The notes under the pieces are model-generated. The model did not search any database, was not told the DNA's origin, and saw only the letters and a program-made list of their open reading frames with translations. A program made the position numbers and the translations under genes. Shown here in pieces: positions 1 to 12,916 of a stretch of 64,000 nucleotides of DNA. Origin of the DNA: Pocillopora damicornis (taxonomy: Eukaryota); NCBI RefSeq assembly GCF_003704095.1, contig NW_020847627.1, forward strand, positions 186,001 through 250,000, in the 5' to 3' direction. Position 1 is the stretch's first letter. Each line of letters begins with the position of its first letter.

Positions 1-5
1 ATCAA

Positions 6-908
6 TCAAACTCGAGTCTCTCTGACCCAGTTTTTACAAAACATGCGCCTCACTACTACTCTGAACTCGGGTATTTTCAGAGAATAAATGGCAGGATTTG
101 CTAGTGAATTACCATAGTGAAGCAGCTTTGCAGAGAAAACAAGGTCTACAGGTATTCTCTCCAAAGCTGTGCTTGTAAAGTTCGCAATAATGTTCATGGC
201 ATGAAAAGGAGTCCAACTTAAAACGAAAACAACCGTAACTATGTACAACGCGGTTGCTAAGCGTTTTTCCTGCTTGGAAACACACATATCCATTTTAGCC
301 TTGTTCCATAGATGAACACGAACGGAAACGGTCACGTAGGCAGCAGAAATGACAAAAACAGACAGAACAGACAAAATTGTTAAATAATAGATGAAAGTTG
401 CTCTAGGCAGAATGAAAAGAAGATTTCGAGAGCTTAAAATGTAAACAACAGACGCTATTCCTGATGTAACCCATACCATGGTTATAGCCTTGTAATAACC
501 TGTCTTGGTTTTTTTCCAGCGGTATGTCATTGGGTAAAGTACGGCATAGAGTCTCTCGAGTGCGATACAAGCCAGTGTGAACACAGAAGCAAGACCAGTA
601 AAGACGTCTACAACCACATAAGCCTCTTGGAAGAGCAAAAGACTTCTGTCGATTGACGAATAACTGAGGGCGTACACAATATAGATGTACATTGGCATAG
701 CAGAAGAACCCACCATTAGATCAGCGACAGCCAAATTCATCAAAAAGTAGCCGCCGAATTTCCTTGGAAATTTCTTGTTTGAAAAAATTGCAATGGTAAG
801 GCTGTTGCCAATGGTAATGAGTACTGCTACGATTCCGTATGATATACACCATGCAATGACGCGAAGATGTTTTGTGGGAAGAGAGTTCTCGGTTGTTGAA
901 TTGTTCAT
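6..908 (-). CDS. Class A GPCR 1 (adenosine/biogenic-amine receptor-like, 300 aa), C-terminal class I PDZ ligand ETRV
   Basis: Seven hydrophobic segments; GN (TM1), NLAVADL (TM2), LERLY (TM3), WTPFH (TM6), NSLANPAIY (TM7), helix 8 KIPEFR; N-terminal glycosylation sequons; acceptor TTTTTTCCTTTCAG (AG at 970-969) upstream of the ATG. Confidence 0.96.
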   Translation of the reverse strand: MNNSTTENSLPTKHLRVIAWCISYGIVAVLITIGNSLTIAIFSNKKFPRKFGGYFLMNLAVADLMVGSSAMPMYIYIVYALSYSSIDRSLLLFQEAYVVVDVFTGLASVFTLACIALERLYAVLYPMTYRWKKTKTGYYKAITMVWVTSGIASVVYILSSRNLLFILPRATFIYYLTILSVLSVFVISAAYVTVSVRVHLWNKAKMDMCVSKQEKRLATALYIVTVVFVLSWTPFHAMNIIANFTSTALERIPVDLVFSAKLLHYGNSLANPAIYSLKIPEFRVVVRRMFCKNWVRETRV

Positions 909-2941
909 GGCAGTTTCACTGTTGATGAATGGTTCATGTTAGTCTGTGGCTAAACCAGGGAGATTTTTCTGAAAGGAAAAAACATGATAAAATGATTTCA
1001 GTAATTCAGGGGCAGGCATTAATCGTTTAAAGATGAACATATTGATGAGTTAGGTGACAAACAAGAAGTGAGTCACGTTGGGTTACACGAAATCCCCAGC
1101 AAAGATGACTCGTTGTCGAAGTATTAACACGGTCGAATAGCGTTTGATCAAACTTGCGATGACTGAAAGAATATATATATATATATATATAATTACTCGT
1201 ACATTAGCGTTTTTTTTATAGAACTCTAAACTCTCTTGAAGTTGCCTTCGATATTCTTTTAAAGGGGGGGTCAATAGAGATAGTGGGGTATGCATCTTGC
1301 AGATAATATGATTTATCGAATGGTATAAACATTGATGAGGCATAGCTAAGATTTGATTTCATATAAACGTGCTCTGACTTGAATGAATCAAACTGGCATC
1401 AACGCTGTCGAAACATTCTCAAGGATCAAGATCAAAGTTGCCTTCAGGCTCAAGAATGCCATCCGAAAGATGGAAGTTTTCTTCGAAAGTGATCAAAAGA
1501 TTCTTTTAATTCAGAGTTCACCGTCGCTTCCATAACATAAGCTCAAGATACTGAATTTTAGGGCTTGATCACAGTGGTTTCTTAACATCAGTGGTATGGG
1601 AACTGCGAAGGAAACAAGAATACTGAGTGCTGTCAAACATTTTATTCATTTTCGACATATGTTAGAAGTAAATTTTCTAACACTCGTCGTTTGGTAAGTT
1701 AATTCTTCTTTATTCTCTTTCTTCACAAATTGATACAACGGGGACTAGCTGCTATCTGACAGGGAAAACTAGAGTCTCCGCATATAAAGGTGACACTACG
1801 GATGACGTTTCTAAGCCGTCAATCTTCTTGTGTCGTCATCGTACCATCTCAACTAGCGAATCACGCTTGACTACGTACTACAGTTCCCACATACTGAGTA
1901 TGCACCTTCGAGTTGTTCACGCAGTTACAAAATCAATTTCTACCTTAATTTTCATATCTTTACGGTTGAGATCGGCCAGAACAGAAACGAGATCGATAAT
2001 ATAAAAATTACAAATAACCTTGGTTCCGAGTATTATTTATACCTGAAAGGGTATCTTAAGAGGAAATCACCTTAAAAGATTGTTACATAACAACATTTTG
2101 GTCACAAGAGTTACACCTTAAATTACCTCTGGGAACAAGAAGGTGTCGAACGCGACCTATTACTAGGGAGATTTACTCTTCCTGGACCAACAAATTAACT
2201 TAATTAAGAACATGGCTTATCACGAGTTCCATATCAACCTCACGATCACAACGAGGAAAACGTGATTATACTCACTAGGAGAACGAGGCCAAACTCATAA
2301 GAAGAACGTGACCAAACTCAACCTTTGAGATAAGACTACCAAGAGGGAGTACAAAGTAATCAACCTGCCCTTTTTTAGCTCGTGAATTGCGCGCATGCGT
2401 AAGAGCGAGTCGTAGATATGATGTGGAGAATGGTACTCGCTCGCTCGCTCGATTGGTCGATTCCTGTAAACCTTTTTTTCGATTTTAGGCTTTTGAGTGC
2501 ATTTGATAGTTTTTGGCGAGCAATAAACAAACGAAATGGCGACCTTTGTTGCTAAGAATAGTGGTGGGGTGAAAAAGAAGCCAATGATAATCTTAAAAGA
2601 GTTTTTTTTTTTTCGTTTTAGTTTCAACAAGCGGCGCCAGCGACTGGCAGGCATGCAAGGGTTCACACTGAAATAACAGAACAACCTTCGTTTTTCATAA
2701 AATTGTAATTTACAATCCTTGAACTCGAAAACAATCCGAAGATTCATTGAAAATATCACTTACTGCGAAGCGCTCTGAGTTTACAGATGTTCAAAAGCTT
2801 TTTCTGTTATGGCGTGAGATTGAGGACAAAATCGATCATTACGTTTTGTATCGTGTGTTTTTCCTTTGTGAAGCAACAGAAGATGCCGCGACTGACGAAA
2901 TTACAAGTTAACACGAAAATCAAATAACACCTAAACAAACA

Positions 2942-3606
2942 NNNNNNNNNNNNNNNNNNNNNNNNNNNNNNNNNNNNNNNNNNNNNNNNNNNNNNNNNNN
3001 NNNNNNNNNNNNNNNNNNNNNNNNNNNNNNNNNNNNNNNNNNNNNNNNNNNNNNNNNNNNNNNNNNNNNNNNNNNNNNNNNNNNNNNNNNNNNNNNNNNN
3101 NNNNNNNNNNNNNNNNNNNNNNNNNNNNNNNNNNNNNNNNNNNNNNNNNNNNNNNNNNNNNNNNNNNNNNNNNNNNNNNNNNNNNNNNNNNNNNNNNNNN
3201 NNNNNNNNNNNNNNNNNNNNNNNNNNNNNNNNNNNNNNNNNNNNNNNNNNNNNNNNNNNNNNNNNNNNNNNNNNNNNNNNNNNNNNNNNNNNNNNNNNNN
3301 NNNNNNNNNNNNNNNNNNNNNNNNNNNNNNNNNNNNNNNNNNNNNNNNNNNNNNNNNNNNNNNNNNNNNNNNNNNNNNNNNNNNNNNNNNNNNNNNNNNN
3401 NNNNNNNNNNNNNNNNNNNNNNNNNNNNNNNNNNNNNNNNNNNNNNNNNNNNNNNNNNNNNNNNNNNNNNNNNNNNNNNNNNNNNNNNNNNNNNNNNNNN
3501 NNNNNNNNNNNNNNNNNNNNNNNNNNNNNNNNNNNNNNNNNNNNNNNNNNNNNNNNNNNNNNNNNNNNNNNNNNNNNNNNNNNNNNNNNNNNNNNNNNNN
3601 NNNNNN
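2942..3606. other. Assembly gap (665 N)
   Basis: Run of N. Confidence 1.
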
Positions 3607-6461
3607 GAAACCCTTACGATATTGCAGATTAACTATAATTGTAATTTTATCATTTAACACATAATATTACGCTATGCAGGCCGGGCGACATTGTCTATGC
3701 GAGATATCAAGTCCATCACAAGAAATAAACCGGTTTCTAACCGAACCATTCCGTTGCAAGATTTGACATCAACTAGGAAATGGTTCGGTGTAAACAATTT
3801 ATAATTCTTTCTTAGCCTTAAGTCTGGCCGATTCAGTACTGTCGTTATTTTAAATCTGTTTTGACAACTTGAGAGTGGAATTTATTCATTCGCATTTAAG
3901 CATTAAATATAACAATTGTTTCCTTCATTTCAAAACGGATTAACGAATGGCAACAGCAGTCAGAAATTTTTCCATGTTGAGAGCTACTTATATGTATTTG
4001 TTAAAATTACACTGGTGTTTTAAATTCAAAACGTTAAATTTCTTTTTGGCGGTCAGCATTGATACCCTTCAAGGAAACAACCGCAGGGGGTAACATTTCC
4101 CAAGATCTAGTCACGGTAAAGTAATCAACTGATTTAAAGCAAAATTTACGGCCACTGAAGTTTTTAAGCGGCAATACCTCTTATTATACTTTCCATACTT
4201 TCTTCTGATGCCTGCTTTCGTATCAGATAATTGCCTGGGAGTTACATATTGGCCTAACCAACACACGACTAGATTCTATTGCATGCATTCTGTTTTCTTC
4301 ACCGGAAATCAAGTTTATTTACTCCTTTTAGAGTTAAAGGACTTCTAATCCATCTTGCTCTTTGTTATTACAATTTGACCATTTAGACCAACGTTAGTGG
4401 AATTATGGAATAATTTGATCGACTTAAATATTTAGACTGTTTTGAAAAGTGCAGCGATAAACACGCACTTCAAACGGTAGCATTTTGACATGACGATGTT
4501 CTCACAAATGAAACTAAACATATGCTCAACACTTCTCAGGAACTTAAGAAGGCAAAGCAATTTTGTATCCGGTGGAAAGAAAATAATTCGCCCTTTACTT
4601 ATCGCTGGAAGGCCTTACAAATTCGTTCTTGCATCGAAGTGCTCAGAACATGTAACCTCTGAGTTTATCTCATTGTAAATCAGAATTAATTTTTTTACGT
4701 AGTCTGAGAAGATGCAAATGTCAGTAGATCCAGGTATCCTTCTCTCTGAGTTAGCCATGTGCGCCTGAATACGCACGGATAAATGAACTCTCGTTGTTTG
4801 CAAGGAGTTGAACTTATACGACATCCGTAAAATGGCCAATTAGTGAAGGAGACAAAAGCAATTCGGAATAAATACAGTCTCGAATGAACGAATTATTTAT
4901 CATAGAAAAATTGAGAGTATCGCACTGGCCCACTATGCTTGTTATCGTTAAGGAACGGGTTAGGAAGAATTACAAAGAGGTTATGAACAAATATCAAGAT
5001 TCTCTTACCAAATTTCCTCCAAACGAACGGAAGCCAGATAGGTTACATAAGCGTATGATGTGTAATATCAAAACACACTGTTTACCTAGCAGTGTTGCGG
5101 AGTATTAGTTTTAAGCAATGGCTACTACTACTACCTTTCGATTAACTTTCTCACTCACAATGTGTTCCCGACTGAACATACCTTGCGTTAGTCTTATCAG
5201 CTGAGACGCAGCATTCTGGGTTGAGCGCCCAAACTGGTAACAACGACTATTTTTAGACTAATGGGGTAGGTATAGTCATTATAAACGCCCCGCTGTGAAT
5301 ACGAGGGTAAAAATAATCCTTTGGCTCAGTCAATTATGCGTCTCGTATCTTGGATGAAAAAAAGTTGCAAAACCGTCAACCCCTTGATCAAATTCGCCGA
5401 GAAAATGATTCACCAAACTGTGTCATTTGCTTTTCCAATTAAAGGTGTACGAGTTACTAATTAATCTGCCGCTATTTGTTTGTATTTCTATATCTGTTTA
5501 TTTGTTCTTACAAGTTCTTTATAATCGTGCCCAAATAATGCCGCCCTGAGACTTTTAATTAGCATAGCTTAGGGTAAATCGTGCTTCATCAATCGGAGGG
5601 TTTAGATGTCACAGGTGTTTCATGGACATGTTTTACTACAATTAATAAACAATCAGATGGATTAATCCTGAAGGAGTGCAATATGACTGATTCGTATGGA
5701 TTTCTGGGGCATCACTTTATTTCTATTATTGTTGATGTTATTATCGACAATGTTCTAGAGACAACTTGATTACACAAACAGACGACTAGAGTTATTTTAC
5801 GTCTGAACACAAGCATTATTCAAATACGAATGTGTATTTTTCATTAGAAATTGCTTTCATAACTCCTGATTGAGCAATTACCTTAAAGGAAATTAATTTT
5901 AGAGCGGAAGTCTTTGTTGGTAAACCTATCACCTCGAAATAACAGGTCTGATTGATTATGAGGTGTGAACAAAAAGATGTTTATAAGGGATAGATTTTAC
6001 TTAATAAATCACCAAATTATTGTTGTCATACCTACATATTTCTCCTTTTTGACGTAGGTGGTGAAACAACGCGCTCGCAAGTGGAATATCAAACTTGGCT
6101 GGATCCTTATGAATTAACAGTAAAGTGATTTTCGGCCAATCATGAATGCCTCCATCACTTGAAAGCGGAGAATCAAATGTTTTGTTCTCAGGTTTATGAA
6201 ATCGGAATTGTTTGTCTGTGATCGGTCTATCCATTCTCTTATGTCATTACGTTGTTGTATCTGGCGCCTATGAAACAGAAGAGTTCTTGAATTCTGCAGG
6301 GTAATCAATATTAAGTTACTTTGGCAACCAACAGAGAATGCAAGGAACGTTAAAGTGATGTGAATTAGCCCCTTCACGCTCGTTGACGCGAAATTGCCTT
6401 CAATTTTTTCTTCGACAAAGGGATGAAACTCCAAATTGGAAGTTTTAATATTCGTCATCAC

Positions 6462-6568
6462 CTCACCTTGACAAAGAGCTATCGCTCGAAACGTCCGCTG
6501 AAGAAACTCTTTACCGTGGCCAATTTACATTATCAACTCAGTACTAGTTGATAAAACCAAATTACCTT
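6462..6568 (+). mobile_element. Penelope-like element terminal-repeat fragment, degenerate hammerhead core
   Basis: TTGACAAAGAGCTATCGCTCGAAACGTC...TTTACCGTGGCCAATTTACATTATCAACTCAG; homologous (opposite strand) to 12861-13071 and 54235-54395. Confidence 0.65.
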
Positions 6569-7135
6569 CATCAACATAAGTAATTAAACTTTTTTTACCT
6601 GAGGAAAGTAGACTGATTGAAATACAAGCTTTTAAAGTTCGGATTCCGAATTTCTGAAGCTTGGAGTTTAAATATTGAGGATGTAAGTTAATCCAAGACG
6701 GATCCGGAGTCAGTAGAACTTGGGTCTCTCCGCCACCCATAAAGTATAATTTGTAACCCCTTAAAGTCTTAAGATAATCCTCTTAAGATTACCATTAAAA
6801 TGGTTTAAACGATACCGCGAAAGCGTGTGAGCGAATTTGTCTTTAAAACTCCAAATGAAAAGAAAGAGAAAAAGGAGTAACCAGAGGATATCTCTTCGGG
6901 CTGAGTTTCGAGAAGATTTTACCAATTCCTGACTTCGGCACTGATAAGAAGTTTATTTGCACTTTAACGAGTGACAAATAGATTTCATGATGCTGTGCGT
7001 CTGTTTTGTAATTCCATGTTGCCGAGCGTCTGCTCAGTGATGACAGTTGACGTCAGAATTTGGTCAGAACAAAAAATGGCGCACGAGGCGCAGTAAAGTA
7101 AGTCTGTGAAGTTCTCGCCACTTAATTTTAATTCG

Positions 7136-7206
7136 GTTGTGTTGGTAATGTAATTTGGTCACCGTAAGAGTTTCTAAAGCTGACGTTTCCAACGTTAGCG
7201 CTTCGG
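7136..7206 (-). mobile_element. Truncated Penelope-like terminal-repeat fragment nested in another interspersed repeat
   Basis: GGTCACCGTAAGAGTTTCTAAAGCTGACGTTTCCAACGTTAGCGCTTCG matches the same family; the CTGANGA box is lost. Confidence 0.6.
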
Positions 7207-7542
7207 AGTTTTTGATGGTGACGTTATTTTTGCGTCTGTCCTCTTACGGATCATGGATAAGAACAAATTAAAACGCCATTCAGCTTATCATGCAAAGTTT
7301 GATGGATTGGCAAATCAGGTACAACTTGCAAAAGCCAAGTCTAAAAACAAGCATAAATTCTGAAGCCGGGTAAAGTAAAATGGCCTTTGTTTTAGATTTA
7401 TTGTATAGATCAGGAACGTGCGTATGGTATGTACATTTAGGAAATGAGTAAATGTAAGTTCATGAGTAAATAACTTAGTTATTACACTGCCTTCGATTAA
7501 TATATGCGTTGAATCGTATCGTTATCCTCCTCTTCGTGAGAC

Positions 7543-7708
7543 ATAATATTTCTACAATTTTTACTAAACTTGAATCAAACTCTTGTCTCTCTTTTCTTTT
7601 GTTTTCTTGAAATCAAGGGCTTATTATTATAATATTTCTTCAACTTTTACTGAACTTGAATCAAACACGTGTTTCTCTTTTCTTTTGTTTTCTTGAAATC
7701 AAGGACTT
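7543..7708 (-). repeat. 80-bp direct duplication of the GPCR 2 C-terminal codons, stop and proximal 3' UTR (7543-7622 vs 7629-7708)
   Basis: Ungapped alignment with 7 mismatches in 80 nt. Confidence 0.95.
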
Positions 7709-8566
7709 CAATGCTCTTCTGAATTCAGAGATTTTATAACAGTAAATCACTGGATTAACAATCGAGTTGCTGTAATGTAAAAACTTTGCAAAATAGATGG
7801 CTTCATAGGGAATCCCATCTAGGAGAGATTTTTTAAAGTTTATCAAGATATTCATGATATGAAATGGTGACCAGGTTAACAAGAATACTGCAGTTATGAT
7901 AGCGATGGCCATTGCTAAGTTGCGTTCTTTTTCTCCTGTCGCTCGCTGTTGAGTTTTGCGGCTCCAGATTTTGATCTTCAGCCATAGAGCGACGTAAGAA
8001 GCTATCATCAACGTAAGCGATGTGAAAGATAAAATAGCCAAACTATACGCAAAGATATTATGATGGATGAAGTCAAACACAGTCAAAAGCCATATTCCTG
8101 TGAGAGCTCCCGCAAGAATCCATACCTCTGTTAATACAATGAGATAGGTTGCTTTTGAAAGGCTGCGATATCGTAGAGGGCAAAATATGGCGCATACCCT
8201 TTCAAAAGAAATAACAGTGAGTATGAAGACAGATGCCATTCCAGAAAACACATCAAAAGCAATTTGTACGATCTGAAAAGGCCCTGGTTTGGTTGATAAT
8301 GATGTTTTAGGCGGTGATATGTAGATTAAATGTATATACAACGGCAAAGCAATTGTCCCGACCATCAAATCCGCCACTGCCAGATTAACAAGGAAATAGT
8401 TTCCAAATTTCCTTAGAAGGCGTGACTTTGTAAATGCCAATATGGCTGCCACATTATTCACTATGATAGTGACTGTTACGAGTGCATATGCAACACACCA
8501 GGTGATGACCTGCTTATCTTCCCCAGTGGATGTGGAATTACCTGGCCCTGAAGTGTTATTATTCAT
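7661..8566 (-). CDS. Class A GPCR 2 (301 aa), C-terminal PDZ ligand ETRV; paralog of GPCR 1
   Basis: NLAVADL, FERV, WSPFH, NSIVNPVIY, KISEFR; acceptor GTTTCAG (AG at 8591-8590). Confidence 0.96.
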   Translation of the reverse strand: MNNNTSGPGNSTSTGEDKQVITWCVAYALVTVTIIVNNVAAILAFTKSRLLRKFGNYFLVNLAVADLMVGTIALPLYIHLIYISPPKTSLSTKPGPFQIVQIAFDVFSGMASVFILTVISFERVCAIFCPLRYRSLSKATYLIVLTEVWILAGALTGIWLLTVFDFIHHNIFAYSLAILSFTSLTLMIASYVALWLKIKIWSRKTQQRATGEKERNLAMAIAIITAVFLLTWSPFHIMNILINFKKSLLDGIPYEAIYFAKFLHYSNSIVNPVIYCYKISEFRRALKSLISRKQKKRETRV

Positions 8567-11500
8567 TCCTCTATAAGAGTATTGTTTTCCTGAAACGTAA
8601 CGAGTGAGATTTAATCTTAGTTGATATTTTACTTACGCAAGCAAGCAATTGTGATAGGCAACGTTGTGGTTTTACATTAGACAACCTATATTATCATCCT
8701 CAAAAGCATTTCGTTTTGGTAATAAGGTCTTTTTTATCATTTATTTTTATGTTTGAAGGGGTGGCCTCGTTTTGTAGTAATAAAAGAACCTTATTTTCAA
8801 GGTTCGTTTCAGCATCCGATTTTGATGTCTAAGATTTCACGATACGGGAGTGAAACATGTCATGTATGACTGATACCTTTGGGTAAATGTATGCTCAGGC
8901 TCAAGGCAGGCTATAAATATTTGTTTTACTACCTTATATCGGTCTTGTTTTCACAGTTGAGGCATCGCCAAAGCTTAGTTGTCACCAAATAACGCAAAAT
9001 GATACCGAAATTCAGTTTACTGAAGCGTTTTCTAACAATTACTGTCTCGTGCAATTTTAATGCATCAAATTTTGTAACACCTCCTGAGGAAGGATCACAG
9101 AAGGATCAAGTTGCACTCTTGCATCAAGTGCGTCAACAAGACAAAAATCTTTTTAAAATTTTCAGAGACACTTCACAAAAGCTTCCGAGAACTGCTCACT
9201 TGTTCTAATATTGAAACAAATGGCAAAAACATTTTCTTTTAAATCTTCATTTGGTTTGACGCATATCAAATTAAATGTCGTATAAACGTAAATATTCTGA
9301 ATCAGAAGTTTCCTTTAATATGGAAAAAAAAAACACGACGTTCAAACGCAGTCTCCGGAGAAGTTAGTTAATGAAACTCATATGTCGTATACGTAGCGAC
9401 AAACACTTGTGACAGCTTTCACCTACGAAGTCTGTGTGTTTTTCTTTTCAATAGGATGATATGTTGTTCACTAGTTTATGCAGAATTGTTTGATAAAGTA
9501 TTGTCACTTTTCACCGGCTTCTAACAAGGTTTCGCCCTACGTTTTTATGTTGCATGACCCACATAAATAAATTTTCCTGCCTTTCATCTATTACAAAGCA
9601 CAAATTTAACCTTTCGCTCCGGTAATATTCCTCCTTAAAATTAATCGATTTTTAACAGAAGAAAGATTTATGCAAATTTTCAGCGTGAATAACACCGTAA
9701 ATCTCGGTCAAGTTTTATGAAAAAAATAAACAATGCATGATTTATGAGGTGGCTAAATTTATTGGTTACCCGAAGAAAGTTTTAGCAATTAAAAATGTCC
9801 ATAGAAAGCAAAACTACGGAATTTATATTGGGGGGCTAATGTTTAAATAGAAATTCACATTTTGCACAATGAAGATTTGAGCAGATACTGATTGCTTTCG
9901 TAATAAGGCAAAGATCGCCAAATGGCGAGTTGAAACAACGTCATTTAGTTTATTTTGTTGTTCTCGTTTTAACATAACCATTTGTGGACCAAGATAAGCT
10001 TCGAAATTACTAGACTTGTATAAAACATTAAAATCTGCAGACACATTTATCTTGAGTTTGATACGAGTGATTCAGTAATAGGCTTATCTTTTAACGATTT
10101 AGCTTTAACATAAGTTCTCGCTGTATGTAAAATTCACGGTTCATGTCTAACTAAGTAAGCATGACCAAACCAAGCTAAAACACAAGTGTGAACAAATTTC
10201 AGTAAAATACAGATTAGTGGTATTCATTACATTAAATGAGTTATTTTGTCGACGTGTTCAACACATTTTGCATAAACATCAATTGGTTCTGTCTATTTTG
10301 AGTTTGCCGGAACAAGCGGCGATAAGTTCATTCTAATTTCTGTCTTGCCCGGCGTTCAAAACTGTAGTTCACTTGTTCCAATTGTCTTGAGCTGTTCTTA
10401 TACATCGTTAACGATTTCCTCACCGAACGTGTCAAAGCTTAGATAACAGGAATAAAGGAGATGAACAATGCATTCTGATATTTTGTTTCTCGCCTCACAA
10501 CTTTCTCTCGAAAGAAGTGTAAATGAGCAAGTCAAATACTGACCGTATTTAAATGGATGGTGCAAACAACTTCGCTTTGCCAGCCTAACAGGAACTCTTC
10601 AGGTTAACATCGAGCTTCAATCTGAAAGGCAACAGAAACGATCAATCCGTTAAGCGGAGTTCACATGTATATTACTAAAGCAGCTGTTACCATCTGTGCT
10701 TTGTTGTTTGGCTCACGCGGTAACGTCTTACGAACTATGCAAGACTGCGACAAATGTATTCCTTAAATATTTCTTTATTAACCGTAACAGCGGGGGATTG
10801 TGGGTAAAGAAAAAAAAATAAAATTCTTATTATGAAGAGCGTGAAAGTGTACATTGAACTCGTCATTATTGAACGACTGCAATCTCCTAACAAATCTATA
10901 TTTACATACCTGGGTGAAATTAGTTCTAGAAATGAGAATTTCACGGTCGTGTTTCGGTGATGTTTTTCTACCTGTATCCGCGTTGACTAAAGCGCCTTTA
11001 GGTGTCCTTTCATCACAGCGGCATGCTCCATTAACACAAACTAAAACCCTGTTATTGTATGTATGTTAGCTGTAGTTAAAAATAGCAACGACAATTTTTT
11101 TGGCTTAAATGTGCTGTTTGAAAGGCCAGTAAAGTGCATCGCCTCTTCACATTTTGACTAAAAGCAAATTTGGCAATTGGATTTGCAGGTGTTATGACTA
11201 GGTAAGTAGCGAGGACTCCTGTTTCGTCGTCAAATTGGCACACCGCTCTCGTATCAAGAGAGTGTATTGTGATAAACTAATAAGTTTAATATCTTTATGT
11301 TTATTTTTTCGATGTGAACATTTCCGTCAGTATTTCGCTTTGCCAATGTATTGCTCCCTTTGACAATTAAAACTTTATTCAAATAATCTTCGTTCTGTTT
11401 AGTTTTTATTAGCAAGTTCGGGTCGACGAATCTTTATGCATGCGAAAACGTAACACAGCATTTGTTTCGGTGCTTTCTATGAAAAATATATCACAATGCC

Positions 11501-12860
11501 TTAGTTATCCAAAATAAAGAGAAAAAAAAGTCTGATATTTTCTTGGCGAAATGATCGAAGCAATTGTTGATCAGCCAGTCAAAATAAGAAAGAAAAAAAA
11601 CAATGTCCAAGCAATCGAGCGAAATAAAGCTACAATAACAATGTTATCATGATTGTTTTCTTTTTTCTGTCCCGTCGGAAGTCATATAGAAAAGCTGCGT
11701 GATATTTAAACAAATTGCCAATTGTAACTTTAAAGCGGCTATTTTGCTACCGATTTCATGCCAAACTTGAATACGTCGTTTCTCAGTAACTGTCCAATAA
11801 AATATTGGATTTAGAATGTGTTAAAATTTAATCTTTTCTGACGGAGCCGTGTATTTTTTAGACAATGAAATAGAAAGGTGGGGATGATATGTTTTGCATT
11901 AAATTTAACATCAATTCAATTATTGTTATAAGGTCATTCACGTTTTCAAATCACTGTTAGTTACACTTTTCCGGTCCTTTTCCTTTTAATCAAAGACGGT
12001 GAGAAATAGGCCGACTTCAGTTAGCGATTACACGGTATAATAATGCAGCTTGCTGAAGAGCAAATTTTGACATTGGATATCAAAATCAGGAAAACATGGC
12101 AATTAGATTTATATTCTTCGTTATGGACGTCTGAATAGGTCCTGTTGTAGAGAACGTTTCTACATTATGCCATTTGGATATTGGAAACACGACACCACCG
12201 AGAGAATTCTACTGGATGGCAATCATTGCAGTCGTTGGAGAAAAAATTGATTTAACGCACATGAAAAATTTTGATGTTCGTTTTAGAAACAATTGACCAA
12301 AAATACGCACGTGGTGCTGTGGTGAAACCTACATTAAAGCTAAACTTAATAGAAATTACAGCTAGTCAAGCAAATTAAGCGTCCTGTGGTTCGTGACGGA
12401 AGCACCGTGCAGTCAGTTTATTTCCACTTATATCATCATTGGTCGATCCACGACTTTGGCAGAACTCGAGATATTCCAATAATTGCAGTCCTTTAATGTA
12501 AATTACAAAGAGATCTATTGACAGTAGTATTTCGTAAACCGCCCCTCGCTTCCGTTTCACCCTAAGGAGGGGGGGGGGGAAGGGGGAGGGAACAACTACA
12601 ACTAGGCTATCTGTTCCTATCAACATACCCAATAGCGAAAAGGGTGGACAATTCCAAAACTGGGATGTCGTTTTATCGAGGAGTTTTCAAATGTCCAATC
12701 AACGAAGCGGCCTAATGAATCGCGAAATAGGGTAAGCAAGACCATGAAATGTACATTTTCTCACGCTGGTAACCTATCAGTTCTTTGGGAGTCTTACGTT
12801 ACTTGCAAAGAGTGAGATTAACGCGTTAGATTTTGTCTCATTGAGTGTATCTTAAAAGAC

Positions 12861-12871
12861 AAATGAATAAA

Positions 12872-12916
<45 letters not shown>

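Noticed and set aside
2920-3660. 246-aa ORF
   Set aside because: Artefact of translating the N gap
7575-7663. Stop-codon readthrough into the duplicated GPCR 2 tail
   Set aside because: The 86-nt offset is out of frame
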